A DNA stretch of 64,000 nt from an uncultured Acidobacteriota bacterium. Lineage in GTDB: Bacteria; Acidobacteriota; Thermoanaerobaculia; Multivoradales; UBA5704. Positions 20,383 to 30,643 of this stretch are shown here, one piece after another (positions within the stretch are counted from its first letter, which is position 1; each line of letters starts with the position of its first letter). The stretch covers positions 5,312,001-5,376,000 of the forward strand of contig OY969474.1 of assembly GCA_963700145.1 (NCBI GenBank). The letters are read 5' to 3'. The translations under genes were made by a program, and so were the position numbers. The notes below the pieces were generated by a model. That model did not search any database. It saw only the letters and a program-made list of their open reading frames with translations, and was not told the origin of the DNA.

Positions 20383-22617
20383 ATGACGGACGACGCCGCA
20401 TCGACCACGACTGCAAACGCCAACCGCCTGGCGCGCGAGAGCAGCCCCTACCTCCTGCTCCACGCCCACAACCCGGTCGACTGGTACGCCTGGGGCGAGG
20501 AGGCGCTCGCCCGCGCGCGCGCCGAGGACAAGCCGATCTTCCTCTCGGTCGGCTACTCGACCTGCTACTGGTGCCACGTCATGGAGCGGGAGTCGTTCTC
20601 CTCGCCCGAGACCGCGGCGCTCATGAACCGCGACTTCGTCAACGTCAAGCTCGACCGCGAGGAGCGGCCGGACCTCGACGAGATCTACATGGCCGCGACC
20701 CAGATCCTGACCGGCCAGGGCGGCTGGCCCAACTCGCTCTTCCTGACGCCGGACTTGAAGCCCTTCTACGCCGGCACCTACTTCCCGCCCGAGGACCGCT
20801 ACGGCCGCCCCGGCTTCGCCACCGTCCTCGACGGGCTCGCCGAGTCCTGGCGCACGCGGCGCGGCGAGGTCGAGGAGCAGGCCGAGGAGCTGGCGGCGGC
20901 GATGCAGCGCTACCTGGAGCAGCGCGGGCGGGGGGCGGAGGCGCCGCCGCCGCCGGCGGTGGCGCGCCGCGCGCTCGACTCGCTCGCCCGCCGCTACGAC
21001 GCCCGCTGGGGGGGCTTCGGCGAGGCGCCCAAGTTCCCGACGCCCTCGAACCTCTTCCTCCTCCTCCAGTTCGCGGAGCGGGTGCTGGAGGCCGAGAACA
21101 TGCTGGCGGCGACCCTCGACCAGATGGCGCGCGGCGGCCTCTACGACCAGCTCGCCGGCGGCTTCCACCGCTACGCGACCGACCGCGAGTGGAAGGTGCC
21201 GCACTTCGAGAAGATGCTCTACGACAACGGCTTGCTGCTCGAGGTCTACGCCCGCGGCTACGCGCGCAGCGGCGACCCCGAGGCGGCGCGGATCGCGCGC
21301 GAGACCGCGGCCTTCCTGGGGCGCGAGATGAGCGCGCTGGAAGGCGCCTTCTGGAGCGCCATCGACGCCGAGACCGACGGCCACGAGGGCGCCTACTACG
21401 TCTGGACGCGGCCGGAGCTGGAGGCGGCGCTGGGGGCGGAGGACGCCGCCTTCCTGGCGCCGCTCTACGGCTTCGACGGGCCGCCGTTTTTCGAAGGGGA
21501 CAGCTACGTGTTGCACCTGCCCGAGCCGGTTGCGGAGCTGGCTCGGCGGCGGCAGCTCGCGCCCGACGCGCTGCTGGCCGAGATGGCGCGGCTGCGCGAG
21601 CGCCTCCTCGCGGCGCGCGACCGGCGCAAGCGCCCGGCGACCGACGACAAGGTGCTCGCCGACTGGAACGGCACCGCGATCGCCGGGCTGGCGGTGGCGG
21701 GGGAGGCGCTCGGGGAGCCGGAGCTGACGGCGCGGGCGGCGCGGGCGGCGGAGTTCCTGCTCGCGGCGCTGCGGCCGGCAGGCGGGCCGCTCCTCCACGC
21801 CTGGCGCGGCGGCGCGGCGAAGATCCCGGCGATGCTCTCCGACTACGCCTTCCTGGTGCACGGGCTTCTGGCCCTCCACAAGGCGAGCGGGGAAGCGCGG
21901 TGGCTGGATGCGGCGGCCGAGCTGACGCGCGAGCAGATCGCGCGGCTCGGGGACGCGGAGGAGGGCGGCTTCTTCACCGCCGGCGCGAGCCTGGACGTCC
22001 TCTTCCGCAGCAAGGACGTCTTCGACGGTGCGCTGCCGGGGGCCAACGCGGTGGCGGCGCTCAACCTGATCGAGCTGGCGGAGCGGACCGAGGAGCCGGA
22101 GTGGCTGGACGAGGCGCGGCGGACGCTCCAGGCGTTCGGGGGGCTGGTCGAGTCGTTCCCGGAGGGCGCGCGGATGATGGCGATGGCCGCCGAGCGCTAC
22201 GCGGAGGCGACCGGCGCGGCGGCACGGCAGGATGTCGCGGTGGCGACGCCGTCGGCGGTCGGCGAGCTGGAAGAGCTGGGCAGGAGGTCGGTGACGGCGC
22301 GGCTGGACGTGGGGGAGGCGGACGCGGACGGCTGGCGCCCGTTCCGCTTGACGCTCCGGATCGCCCCGGGCTGGCACCTCAACGCCAACCCGCCCGCCGC
22401 CCTCGGGCTGGTCCCCACCACGGTCGCCGCCGAAGGCGCCCGGCTGCGCGACATCGCCTACCCAACGGGCGCCGAGCCGTTCTACGAGGGAGAGGTGCAA
22501 ATCGCCGGCGCCCTCGCCGCCGACGCGCCCGACGCTCGGCTTCTCGTCACGTACCAGCCGTGCGACGAGTCCCGTTGTTTGCCGCCGGTGCGGATGGAGC
22601 TCATGGTGCCGCGATGA
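20383..22617 (+). CDS. yyaL: YyaL/SSP411 thioredoxin-domain protein with C-terminal DsbD-N-like domain
   Basis: [48 protein letters not shown]-terminal [10 protein letters not shown]...[12 protein letters not shown]. Confidence 0.93.
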   Translation: MTDDAASTTTANANRLARESSPYLLLHAHNPVDWYAWGEEALARARAEDKPIFLSVGYSTCYWCHVMERESFSSPETAALMNRDFVNVKLDREERPDLDEIYMAATQILTGQGGWPNSLFLTPDLKPFYAGTYFPPEDRYGRPGFATVLDGLAESWRTRRGEVEEQAEELAAAMQRYLEQRGRGAEAPPPPAVARRALDSLARRYDARWGGFGEAPKFPTPSNLFLLLQFAERVLEAENMLAATLDQMARGGLYDQLAGGFHRYATDREWKVPHFEKMLYDNGLLLEVYARGYARSGDPEAARIARETAAFLGREMSALEGAFWSAIDAETDGHEGAYYVWTRPELEAALGAEDAAFLAPLYGFDGPPFFEGDSYVLHLPEPVAELARRRQLAPDALLAEMARLRERLLAARDRRKRPATDDKVLADWNGTAIAGLAVAGEALGEPELTARAARAAEFLLAALRPAGGPLLHAWRGGAAKIPAMLSDYAFLVHGLLALHKASGEARWLDAAAELTREQIARLGDAEEGGFFTAGASLDVLFRSKDVFDGALPGANAVAALNLIELAERTEEPEWLDEARRTLQAFGGLVESFPEGARMMAMAAERYAEATGAAARQDVAVATPSAVGELEELGRRSVTARLDVGEADADGWRPFRLTLRIAPGWHLNANPPAALGLVPTTVAAEGARLRDIAYPTGAEPFYEGEVQIAGALAADAPDARLLVTYQPCDESRCLPPVRMELMVPR

Positions 22618-22631
22618 GCGCGGTTCGAGCG

Positions 22632-22913
22632 GCGAACCCAGTCGGTCGAGGCGCGAACCCAGTAGATTGCGGCGCGAACCCAGTAGGTCCGGGCGTGAAC
22701 CGAGTGGGTCCAGCGCCGAACCGAGTGGGTCAGCGGCGGAACCGATTGGATCCGCGGGCGAATCGAGTGGATCCAGCGGCGAACCGAGTGGGTCTGGCCG
22801 CGAACCGAGTGGGTCCAGCGCGGAACCGAGTGGGTCGGCGGCTGAATGGAGTGGGTTGACGGCCGAACCGGGTGGGTCGGCGGCCGAACCCGGTGGGTTC
22901 GGCACCGAATCGA
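22632..22913 (+). repeat. 21-bp tandem repeat array, 13 full units plus a partial
   Basis: Units start every 21 nt from 22632; core approximates GAACCGAGTGGGT with variable flanks. Confidence 0.93.
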
Positions 22914-22916
22914 GCC

Positions 22917-23219
22917 ATGAAGAAGACGGCCCGCCAGCTCCTGGACTCGCCGGAGTTCCGGCGCCTGGTGGCGCGGCGCTGGGCGGTCTCGCTCGCGCTC
23001 ACCGCCGCGCTCTTCGCCGCCTACTACGGCTTCATCCTGCTCGTCGCCCTCGACAAGGCGCTGCTGGCGCGGCGGATCGGCGCCGTGACGACCCTCGGCA
23101 TCCCGCTCGGGGTCGGGGTGATTCTGGTCGCCTGGGTGCTGACCGCGGTGTACGTCGTGTGGGCGAACCGGGTCTACGACCCGGCCGTGCGGCGGCTCCG
23201 CGACAGCCTGGAAGACTGA
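22917..23219 (+). CDS. yjcH: DUF485 small membrane protein (YjcH-like)
   Basis: SPEFRRLVARR, YYGFILLVA and YVVWANRVYD; canonical position upstream of actP. Confidence 0.9.
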   Translation: MKKTARQLLDSPEFRRLVARRWAVSLALTAALFAAYYGFILLVALDKALLARRIGAVTTLGIPLGVGVILVAWVLTAVYVVWANRVYDPAVRRLRDSLED

Positions 23220-23228
23220 GCCCGCGGC

Positions 23229-24767
23229 GTGGAGACCACTCTCGGCCGGCCCACCCTCTCGGCGATCCTCTTCTTCGTCGTCATCGTCGCGCTCACCCTG
23301 GCGGTCACCTGGTGGGCGGCCAAGCGCACCCGCTCGGCGCGCGAGTTCTACGCCGCCGGCCGCAGCGTCTCGGCGCTCCAGAACGGCCTGGCGCTCGCCG
23401 GCGACTACATGAGCGCGGCGTCGTTCCTGGGCATCGCCGGGCTCGTCGCCCTCAAGGGCTACGACGGGATGATCTACGCCACTGGCTGGCTGGTGGGGTG
23501 GCCGGCGCTGATGTTCCTCATCGCCGAGCCGCTGCGCAACCTCGGCAAGTACACCTTCGCCGACGTCGTCGCCTTCCGCCTGCGCCAGCGCCCGGTGCGC
23601 ATCGCCTCGGCCGTCGGCGGCATCCTCACCGTTCTCCTCTACACCATCGCGCAGATGGTGGGCTCGGGCAACCTGATCAAGCTCATGTTCGGCATCTCCT
23701 ACGAGCTGGCGGTCGTGCTGGTCGGCTCGGTGATGCTGGCCTACGTGCTCTTCGGCGGCATGATCGCCACCACCTGGGTGCAGATCATCAAGGCCGTGCT
23801 GCTGCTGGTGGGAGTGACGGTGCTCACCGTCCTCGTCCTCGCTCGCTTTGGCTTCGACCCCGGAAACCTCTACGCCGCCGTCGCCGGCCGCTACGGACAG
23901 GCGGCGCTCGAGCCGGGCGGCCTGGTCACCAGCCCGCTCGACGCGGTCTCCTTGGGGCTCGCCCTGATGCTGGGCCTCCTCGGCCTGCCGCACATCCTGA
24001 TGCGCTTCTACACCGTCCCGGACGCGCGCGCGGCGCGCACCTCGGTGCTCTACGCGACGGGCTTCATCGGCTACTTCTACATGATCATCCCGCTCGTCGG
24101 CTTCGGCGCTGCCGCCCTCGTCGGCCGCGAGGCGATCGAAGCCATCGACAAGGGGGGGAACATGGCGGCGCCGCTGCTCGCCGAGCGGCTCGGCGGCACG
24201 CCCTTCCTCGGCTTCATCGCCGCGGTCGCCTTCGCCACCATCCTGGCGGTCGTGGCGGGCCTGACCCTGGCCGGCGCCTCCGCCCTCTCGCACGACATCT
24301 ACGTGCACGTCGTCAAGGGCGGGCAGGCGACCGAGCGGGAGCAGGTGCGCGTGGCGCGGCGCGCCACCGTCGTCTTCGGCGTCGCCGCGGTCCTCCTCGG
24401 CGTCCTCTTCAAGGGCCAGAACGTCGCCTTCATGGTCGGCCTCGCCTTCGCCATCGCCTGCAGCGCCAACTTCCCGGCGCTCCTCCTGTCGATCGTCTGG
24501 CGGCGCTTCACCACGCGCGGCGCGGTGGCGTCGATCCTGACGGGGGCGGTGCTCACCGTAGTGCTGATCGTCCTGAGCCCGACGGTGTGGGTCGACCTCC
24601 TCGGCAACGCGACCGCCCCCTTCCCGCTGCGCAACCCGGCCATCGTCTCGATGACGGTCTCGATCCTGGTCGGCGTCGTCGTGTCCCTCCTGCGCCGCGA
24701 GCCGAGCGCCGAGGCCAAGTTCGACGACGAGAAGCTGCGGACCTACCTCGGAGTGGGGGCTGAGTAG
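23229..24767 (+). CDS. actP: Cation/acetate symporter (SSS family)
   Basis: QNGLALAGDYMSAASFLG, LPHILMRFYTVPD, AVAFATILAVVAGL and SANFP. Confidence 0.93.
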   Translation: METTLGRPTLSAILFFVVIVALTLAVTWWAAKRTRSAREFYAAGRSVSALQNGLALAGDYMSAASFLGIAGLVALKGYDGMIYATGWLVGWPALMFLIAEPLRNLGKYTFADVVAFRLRQRPVRIASAVGGILTVLLYTIAQMVGSGNLIKLMFGISYELAVVLVGSVMLAYVLFGGMIATTWVQIIKAVLLLVGVTVLTVLVLARFGFDPGNLYAAVAGRYGQAALEPGGLVTSPLDAVSLGLALMLGLLGLPHILMRFYTVPDARAARTSVLYATGFIGYFYMIIPLVGFGAAALVGREAIEAIDKGGNMAAPLLAERLGGTPFLGFIAAVAFATILAVVAGLTLAGASALSHDIYVHVVKGGQATEREQVRVARRATVVFGVAAVLLGVLFKGQNVAFMVGLAFAIACSANFPALLLSIVWRRFTTRGAVASILTGAVLTVVLIVLSPTVWVDLLGNATAPFPLRNPAIVSMTVSILVGVVVSLLRREPSAEAKFDDEKLRTYLGVGAE

Positions 24768-24976
24768 GCCCCGACGCAGCGCATCCTCGCCAGATTCTGC
24801 GCTGTCACGTTGGAGCGCAGGCAAGACACTTAGGAGATAGAGAGATTGAGTTGCATCGATGTGCTCCCGCACGCTGGCCCTCTCGTGCCGCTCCCCGCCG
24901 CACCTCCCGGTGTCGAGAAAGCCCTCTGATCGTCACCGCGCTCCAACGACAAAGCTCAATCAGGAGGAGGTGTATC

Positions 24977-26500
24977 GTGAACAAGGTTTCGATGGCAGGG
25001 CTGTGGCTGCTCCTCGTCGCGGCGCCGGCGTTCGCGGCGCCGCCGACGAAGATAGCCCCCATTCCAATCGGCGAGCCGGCGGAACCGCCTTCCTACGTCG
25101 TCACCGTCGCCGACGGCGTCCGGCCCGCCGACGTCGTCGCCGGCATCAAGGGCAGGGTCCTCTTCATCTACGAGAAGGCGTTGAACGGTTTCGCGGCTGA
25201 GCTGGACGCGGACGACCTCGCCACCCTGGAGGCCGACGGCCGCGTCACCCTCATCGAGAGGAACATGGTCTACGAGCACGCCGCCAACGTGCAGCAGGCG
25301 GCGGTGCCGACGTGGGGCCTCGACCGCGTCGACCAGCGGTACCTCGCGCTCAGCACCGACTACTGGTGGTACACGAGCGGCAGCGACGCCTCCCAGGTCC
25401 ATGCCTACGTCCTCGACACCGGCATCCGCCCCGACCACGTGGAGTTCGGCGGCCGGGTGGCCACCGGGCCGGGGCAGTGGTTCGACGCCATCCTGGACGG
25501 CTGCCCCAACAACGGGTGCTCCGGCGGCCCCTTCGCCTTCTGCACCAACTTCGGCATCGGCGGCCACGGGACGCACGTGGCCGGCACGATCGGGGCCGCC
25601 AACTACGGCGTCGCCAAGAAGGTGACCCTCCACAACGTCCGCGTCCTCGTCTGCAGCGGCTCCGGGACCACCGCCGGCGTGATCGCCGGCATCAACTGGG
25701 TGGCCGCCAACCACGTCAAGCCGGCGGTCGCCAACATGAGCATCCAGGGACCGCTCTCGGTGGCGATGAACAACGCCGTCAACAGCGCGGTCGCGCAAGG
25801 CGTCGTCTTCGCCGTCGCCGCCGGGAACTTCAACAGCAACGCCTGCAACTTCTCACCCTCCAGCGCGGCCTCGGCCCTCACCGTCGCCGCCTCGACGATC
25901 ACCGACGCGCGCGCCGGCTTCTCCAACTTCGGCACCTGCGTCGATCTCTTCGCTCCGGGCGACGCCATCCCCTCGACCTGGAACTCCAGCACGACGGCCA
26001 TCGCCACCCTCAGCGGCACATCGATGGCCACGCCGCACGTCGCGGGGGCCGCGGCGCTCTCCTTCTACGAGTACCCCACCGCCACCTCGGCGGAGGTTAA
26101 CGCGGGCATCGTCGGCGTCACCACCCCCGGGGTGATCACCAACCCCGGGGCCGGCTCGCCGAACCTGCTGCTCTACTCGCGGCTGCGCAGCCGTCTCAAC
26201 ACCGAGACGGGCAGCCTGAGCAACACGGGCGCCGAGGGCATCCACCCGCTCGGCGTCGGCCGCTTCTACTTCCAGCGCCACGCCGGGCCGCTGGAGGCCC
26301 GCCTCACCGGCACGGGCACCAACTTCGACCTGCGGCTGTTCTACCGCGACCCGGTGTTCAGCTGGCTGCTGGTGGCCTCCTCCACCGGACCGAGCTCTTC
26401 GGAGCGCGTCCTGTACCAGGGCCCGGAGGGGGACTACTACTGGAGCGTGCTCTCGGTGAACGGCTCCGGGACCTACACGCTGAACTGGAGCCAGCCGTAA
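24977..26500 (+). CDS. Secreted S8 subtilisin/proteinase K-like serine protease
   Basis: AGGAGG then GTG. I9-like propeptide, WGLDRVDQ, LDTG, HGTHVAGT, AAGN and SGTSMATPHVAG; C-terminal beta domain. Confidence 0.94.
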   Translation: MNKVSMAGLWLLLVAAPAFAAPPTKIAPIPIGEPAEPPSYVVTVADGVRPADVVAGIKGRVLFIYEKALNGFAAELDADDLATLEADGRVTLIERNMVYEHAANVQQAAVPTWGLDRVDQRYLALSTDYWWYTSGSDASQVHAYVLDTGIRPDHVEFGGRVATGPGQWFDAILDGCPNNGCSGGPFAFCTNFGIGGHGTHVAGTIGAANYGVAKKVTLHNVRVLVCSGSGTTAGVIAGINWVAANHVKPAVANMSIQGPLSVAMNNAVNSAVAQGVVFAVAAGNFNSNACNFSPSSAASALTVAASTITDARAGFSNFGTCVDLFAPGDAIPSTWNSSTTAIATLSGTSMATPHVAGAAALSFYEYPTATSAEVNAGIVGVTTPGVITNPGAGSPNLLLYSRLRSRLNTETGSLSNTGAEGIHPLGVGRFYFQRHAGPLEARLTGTGTNFDLRLFYRDPVFSWLLVASSTGPSSSERVLYQGPEGDYYWSVLSVNGSGTYTLNWSQP

Positions 26501-26506
26501 GGCTCG

Positions 26507-26548
26507 CGCGCCGGGCAGGGTCGGCGGTTCTCTACCCTGCCCGGCGCG
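26507..26548. terminator. Strong hairpin after S8 gene
   Basis: Perfect 15-bp stem CGCGCCGGGCAGGGT/ACCCTGCCCGGCGCG with a 12-nt loop; no clear U tract. Confidence 0.6.
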
Positions 26549-26583
26549 GCTTGTGCGCTGTAGCCTCGCTCTCGAGCTGACTC

Positions 26584-26631
26584 AGTTTCGACGAGAAAGG
26601 CTGCACACCTACCTGAGGTGGGGCGGAGTAG
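26584..26631 (+). pseudogene. Degenerate duplicate of the actP 3' end
   Basis: AGTTTCGACGAGAAAGGCTGCACACCTACCTGAGGTGGGGCGGAGTAG aligns by eye to 24718-24767 (FDDEKLRTYLGVGAE*) with small indels. Confidence 0.75.
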
Positions 26632-27555
26632 ACCTAGTGACGCGCTTGGCCATCTTGCTAACAGGCGCACCTGCCTTGAAACTACTCCGGCATACGCCGT
26701 TGGCAGCACTTCTTGTACTTTCTGCCCGAGCCACATGGGCAAGGATCATTTCGTCCCACCCTCATTGCATCGACATTGTGCGAAGACTCGGCGAACGACT
26801 GCCTACTAGGTTCCATCAGGGTGCCAGAATACATCGCCGGTTCGGTAGATTCCATGTCCACAGGTGGACCGCCGTAGTGCAGATGGAAATAGATTCTGTC
26901 GAAAATGTTCGAGTACGACGGCTTCAAGGGTATTTCCAATGGGGCGCCTCTGAGAAGAGACCCCAACCCCCTATGGCGGATGAAGAACCCGGCGATGTCG
27001 AGTTCATCGTCGCAAAACACTCTGCCGTGAAGTTTGAGACGCTGGGCGAGATAATCGCCCAGCTGCTTGGCCCCCCACCCGAAGTATTTCCAGGCTTCTG
27101 CCAGATTTTCCAAGTCTAGTACGTTGACTGCCCAAGGATACGGGTCCTCGCCCCTCCTATCGAGGAGGAGAGCTAGATCCGCCGCTAGTGGGCCGAAGTC
27201 GTCTCGAGTAACACAGACGCAATACGTATAGCGAAGCGTTGCTGGGGGAATCTCAAGGGCGACCTTCCCTCGCTCGTCGTAGAGTGTAATCGTTTCCCCT
27301 GCTCTGAGGCGACGCCAAACTCTGAGTGCTTGTTCATACGCCCCCTGAATCCCGGTGTCTGCGCCAAACGCCTGTCGGAGCCGCACAAAGGCCTTATCTG
27401 GGTCGCGGAACGGCTCTGGGGGGAGGGCTTGCCTTCATCTCAACGATCAGGCACAAGTCATCGCTCATAACGACAAGATCATGCTCGTGGTGATGATTTG
27501 GAGTCTCAAAGAGGTTCGCGTGAAGAGTGCCGGTTCCTCCGAGTAGGCTCTCTAG

Positions 27556-28825
27556 CAGGCTGCTGAAAAACCCCGGTTCGCGCTACCCTTGCAGGCCATG
27601 CGAGGGAAAGCGCGCGAGCAGAGGACGTTGTTGATGGTGGGGTCGTTGGAGGAGCGGATTCCGGCGGCGCATCCGATCCGGCGGATCAAGGGGCTGGCCG
27701 ACCGGGCTCTCGGGCAGTTGAGTGAGGTGTTTGCGGTGATGTACGCCGAGACGGGGCGGCCGTCGGTGCCGCCGGAGCGGCTGCTCAAGGCGCAGCTGCT
27801 GATCGCGCTGTTTTCGGTGCGGAGCGACCGGCAGTTTTGCGAGCAGCTCGAGTACAACCTGCTGTTTCGCTGGTTTTTGGATCTGGAGCTCGACGAGCCG
27901 TCGTTTGACGCGAGCACGTTTTCACGCAACCGGGAGCGGCTGATCCGGCACGAGGTGGCCGAGCGGTTTTTGGCGGCGATCGTGGCTGAGGCGAGCGTGC
28001 AGCGGCTGCTGTCGAGCGAGCACTTCTCGGTGGATGGGACGCTGATCGAGGCCTGGGCGTCGATGAAGAGCTTCCGGCCCAAGGACGGGCCGCCGGGCGG
28101 AGACGCCAACGGCTGGAGCGATTTCACGGGGACGAAGCGGAGCAACGAGACGCACGCCTCGACGACCGACCCGGAAGCGCGCCTGGCCCGCAAGGGGGAT
28201 GGGCACGAGGCGAAGCTCTCGTTTTCCGGCCACGCTCTGATGGAGAACCGCAACGGATTGTTGGTGGACTTCGTGGTGGCCCAGGCCGATGGGTTCGCCG
28301 AGCGCCGCGAAGCTCTGGGTCTGCTCGCGCGGCTCGAAGGCTCGCGGCGCAAGACGGTGGGCGCCGATAAGAGCTACGACACCAAGGGCTTCGTGGCTGC
28401 CTGCCGAGAGCTCGGCGTCACCCCCCACGTCACCCAGAATGCCCACCGGCGCAGGCGCTCGGCAATCGACCGGCGAACAACGCGCCGTCCCGGCTACCGG
28501 ATCAGTCAGGTCGTACGGCGGCGAATCGAGACGATCTTCGGCTGGCTCAAGACCTGCGCAGGGCTGCACCGGACCAGGGTCCGAGGCGTGGCGAGGACGC
28601 AGCTGGCCGCCCGCCTCGCCGCCGCAGCGTACAACCTGCTCCGATTAAGTCGCCTGCTTGTGCCGGCATAGCCCAAAAAGGTCCTGCCCAGCAAAACCAG
28701 CGGCGCTCAAACGCGCCCACAAGGCGCCTGTTGCCCTCCCCTTCCACCCGCGCACGCGACATCGCCCGCTCCCAGATCGCTGTCAGCCTCGCACCCGCCG
28801 TTGAAGGCCGTTTCTCAGCGGCCTG
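27556..28825 (+). mobile_element. IS5-family insertion sequence, 1270 bp
   Basis: Terminal inverted repeats CAGGCTGCTGAAAAAC / GTTTCTCAGCGGCCTG, flanked by CTAG at 27552-27555 and 28826-28829. Confidence 0.93.
27598..28671 (+). CDS. IS5-family DDE transposase
   Basis: GRPSVPPERLLKA, RSDRQ, SVDGTLIEAWAS, GADKSYD and RRRIETIFGWLK. Confidence 0.94.
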   Translation: MRGKAREQRTLLMVGSLEERIPAAHPIRRIKGLADRALGQLSEVFAVMYAETGRPSVPPERLLKAQLLIALFSVRSDRQFCEQLEYNLLFRWFLDLELDEPSFDASTFSRNRERLIRHEVAERFLAAIVAEASVQRLLSSEHFSVDGTLIEAWASMKSFRPKDGPPGGDANGWSDFTGTKRSNETHASTTDPEARLARKGDGHEAKLSFSGHALMENRNGLLVDFVVAQADGFAERREALGLLARLEGSRRKTVGADKSYDTKGFVAACRELGVTPHVTQNAHRRRRSAIDRRTTRRPGYRISQVVRRRIETIFGWLKTCAGLHRTRVRGVARTQLAARLAAAAYNLLRLSRLLVPA

Positions 28826-29942
28826 CTAGAGGCTTGCGAGCCTCGTCCTCCAATGTCTTGTCGCGAGCGCGGAAGAACGATGCTCTGTGTGACCCTTCAC
28901 CAAGGCATCGCTCCGAGACCTCCAACACCGCAAGCAAGAGCTCCCCGAATGACGGGCAAACTGCTTCCCCTTGCGAAAGCCTTATCAACGGCCGTTCGTT
29001 GGATATGCTTCGCTCGGTGGGATACTCGATGTGTGGGCCCTCTCCGCGACCAACCGAAAATCTCTGCCAAAAAATCTCAGCCGTGCTCGGGAATGCTTCC
29101 CTCAGGTCATCAAGAGAAACCTTGCCTGCCGAGCTTATCTCCTTCAGTAAAGTCCTGAGCTTTGCGGAGTAGGCGGGCCGTGTCGCAGCGGCTCGGACCT
29201 CTTGCAATCCCCATCGCTGCTGTGCCGCTTCAGCGAGCAGGATGGCTCGGGCCTCGCTTTCTGCTTTGACGGCATGGGTCGCATCGTCGAGGGCTTGCTG
29301 AAGTCGTTGGCCAATCCACTGGCAGATCGCTAAGGCAGAAGAACCACTGACACCGAGCTGGTCAGCTACAGCCGCATCGAATGGAACGACGTACTTCCTG
29401 ATTCGTGCAACGATCTGGTCATCAGATGCAAGGAAACCAGTGCCAACGAAATGCAGGAACGCCGGCATGGCGACAGCTCGCGCCTGCCACCATTTGTCGT
29501 TGAGGTTCGCCTGCTCCTCAGGCGACGGGTAGTAGAGTAGCTCGTAGGCTGAAAACGCCGTATTAAGAAGCTCTTTAGCCCGCTCCAAGTCACCTGCGCA
29601 AAAGTCTTTGGCAACGCGGGGCTCTGGGGTTTCTAGTAGCAGTCCGAGCAGAAATGACCACTGCTTTGCCGGTGAGTGAAGGGTCTGAGATTCCTCAGCT
29701 TGGTTTGCGCGCTTTAGTTCGTGGACAAAACATGCGCCAGCTATAGCTTCGGTGGAGACTGACGAGACCAACAGCCGAAGCTCCTCAACAGCCTTCTTGA
29801 TCGTCTCGATAGAGAGTTCGCGCGGAGTCATGTATGGCTCGGTGCTACGGATCGATGTGCGCCAGTGGGACACCGTGTGCTCCGTCCTGCACTCCAGATG
29901 CGCCCGCAACTTCGCGTAGTCGAATTTCGCCTCGGTAGTGAG

Positions 29943-30362
29943 CTACGGCTCCGTCGGATCGATGAGACGCAGCCCTTCGAAATGACCGCGGAAGAAGCCC
30001 CGGTCGCGGCTTAGGAGAGCCTCCGCTTGCAGCTGAGCGTGGGCGCCGATGAGGAAGTCTGCTACCAACCGATCCCGTTCACGCTGGCGGCGGATTGCAA
30101 GGCAGTACTGCCGCCAGTGCTCGCCCGCTAGTGCGGCGGCCTCCTGCCGCAGGGGTTCGTAGACCACGCCCAGCGTGGCAAGCGCCTCGGCGAACGCAGT
30201 CTCTTCCGGGAAGTGGGCCCGCACCTCGCCCCAGACGACGTCGCAAGCTATGAGAGCGCCTGCGTCGTAGGCGCGGCGAAGAGCTTCTCGCGACGCCAGT
30301 CCAAAGTCGGGGTCGCCCGCCAAGACATCCAGGAGCACCGACGAATCGACCGCGGTCCTCAC
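29943..30362 (-). CDS. vapC: PIN-domain toxin (VapC-like)
   Basis: MRTAVDSSVLLD...VWGE...VADFLIGAHA...LLSRDRGF; GTGA overlap with the antitoxin stop. Confidence 0.88.
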   Translation of the reverse strand: MRTAVDSSVLLDVLAGDPDFGLASREALRRAYDAGALIACDVVWGEVRAHFPEETAFAEALATLGVVYEPLRQEAAALAGEHWRQYCLAIRRQRERDRLVADFLIGAHAQLQAEALLSRDRGFFRGHFEGLRLIDPTEP

Positions 30363-30595
30363 TTTTTCCTCGGCCGAGGCCCTCGCATCTCGTCGAGGAT
30401 CTGGTCGACTGGGCGTGGGAGGCGGAGCGTCGCCCACACTCTGTCGACCGGGTGGTCGCCGGAGATCCCCTTGCGGAGCAGGACGCCCTCTTCCTTCAGC
30501 TCGAACTCGACCGGCGTCCCCGGAACCAGCCCCAGTTGCTCCCGGACCTCGACGGGCACCGTAACCTGACCCTTGGAGGAAATGGTGCTTCTCAT
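30359..30595 (-). CDS. AbrB/MazE/SpoVT-family antitoxin
   Basis: STISSKGQVTVPVEVREQLGLVPG. Confidence 0.9.
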   Translation of the reverse strand: MRSTISSKGQVTVPVEVREQLGLVPGTPVEFELKEEGVLLRKGISGDHPVDRVWATLRLPRPVDQILDEMRGPRPRKK

Positions 30596-30643
30596 GGGTA
30601 AAGCGTACGGCGCTTTACCTCGGAGGTCAATCCGCCTATCCTG

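Larger units (their letters stand above)
26682..29831 (-). pseudogene. NERD/PD-(D/E)xK-like nuclease domain + SEC-C protein, disrupted by IS and frameshift
   Basis: Removing 27556-28829 rejoins ARKPL|ESLLG...EHDLVV...VEMKA. One extra G in the run at 27418-27423 shifts the frame. C-terminal [19 protein letters not shown]. Confidence 0.85.

Noticed and set aside
22857-22859. Selenocysteine recoding of the in-frame TGA
   Set aside because: The position corresponds to Arg or variable codons rather than Cys, and no SECIS-like support is evident.
22632-22913. CRISPR array
   Set aside because: The period is only 21 bp with about 7-8 variable nt, the core itself varies, and no cas genes are present.
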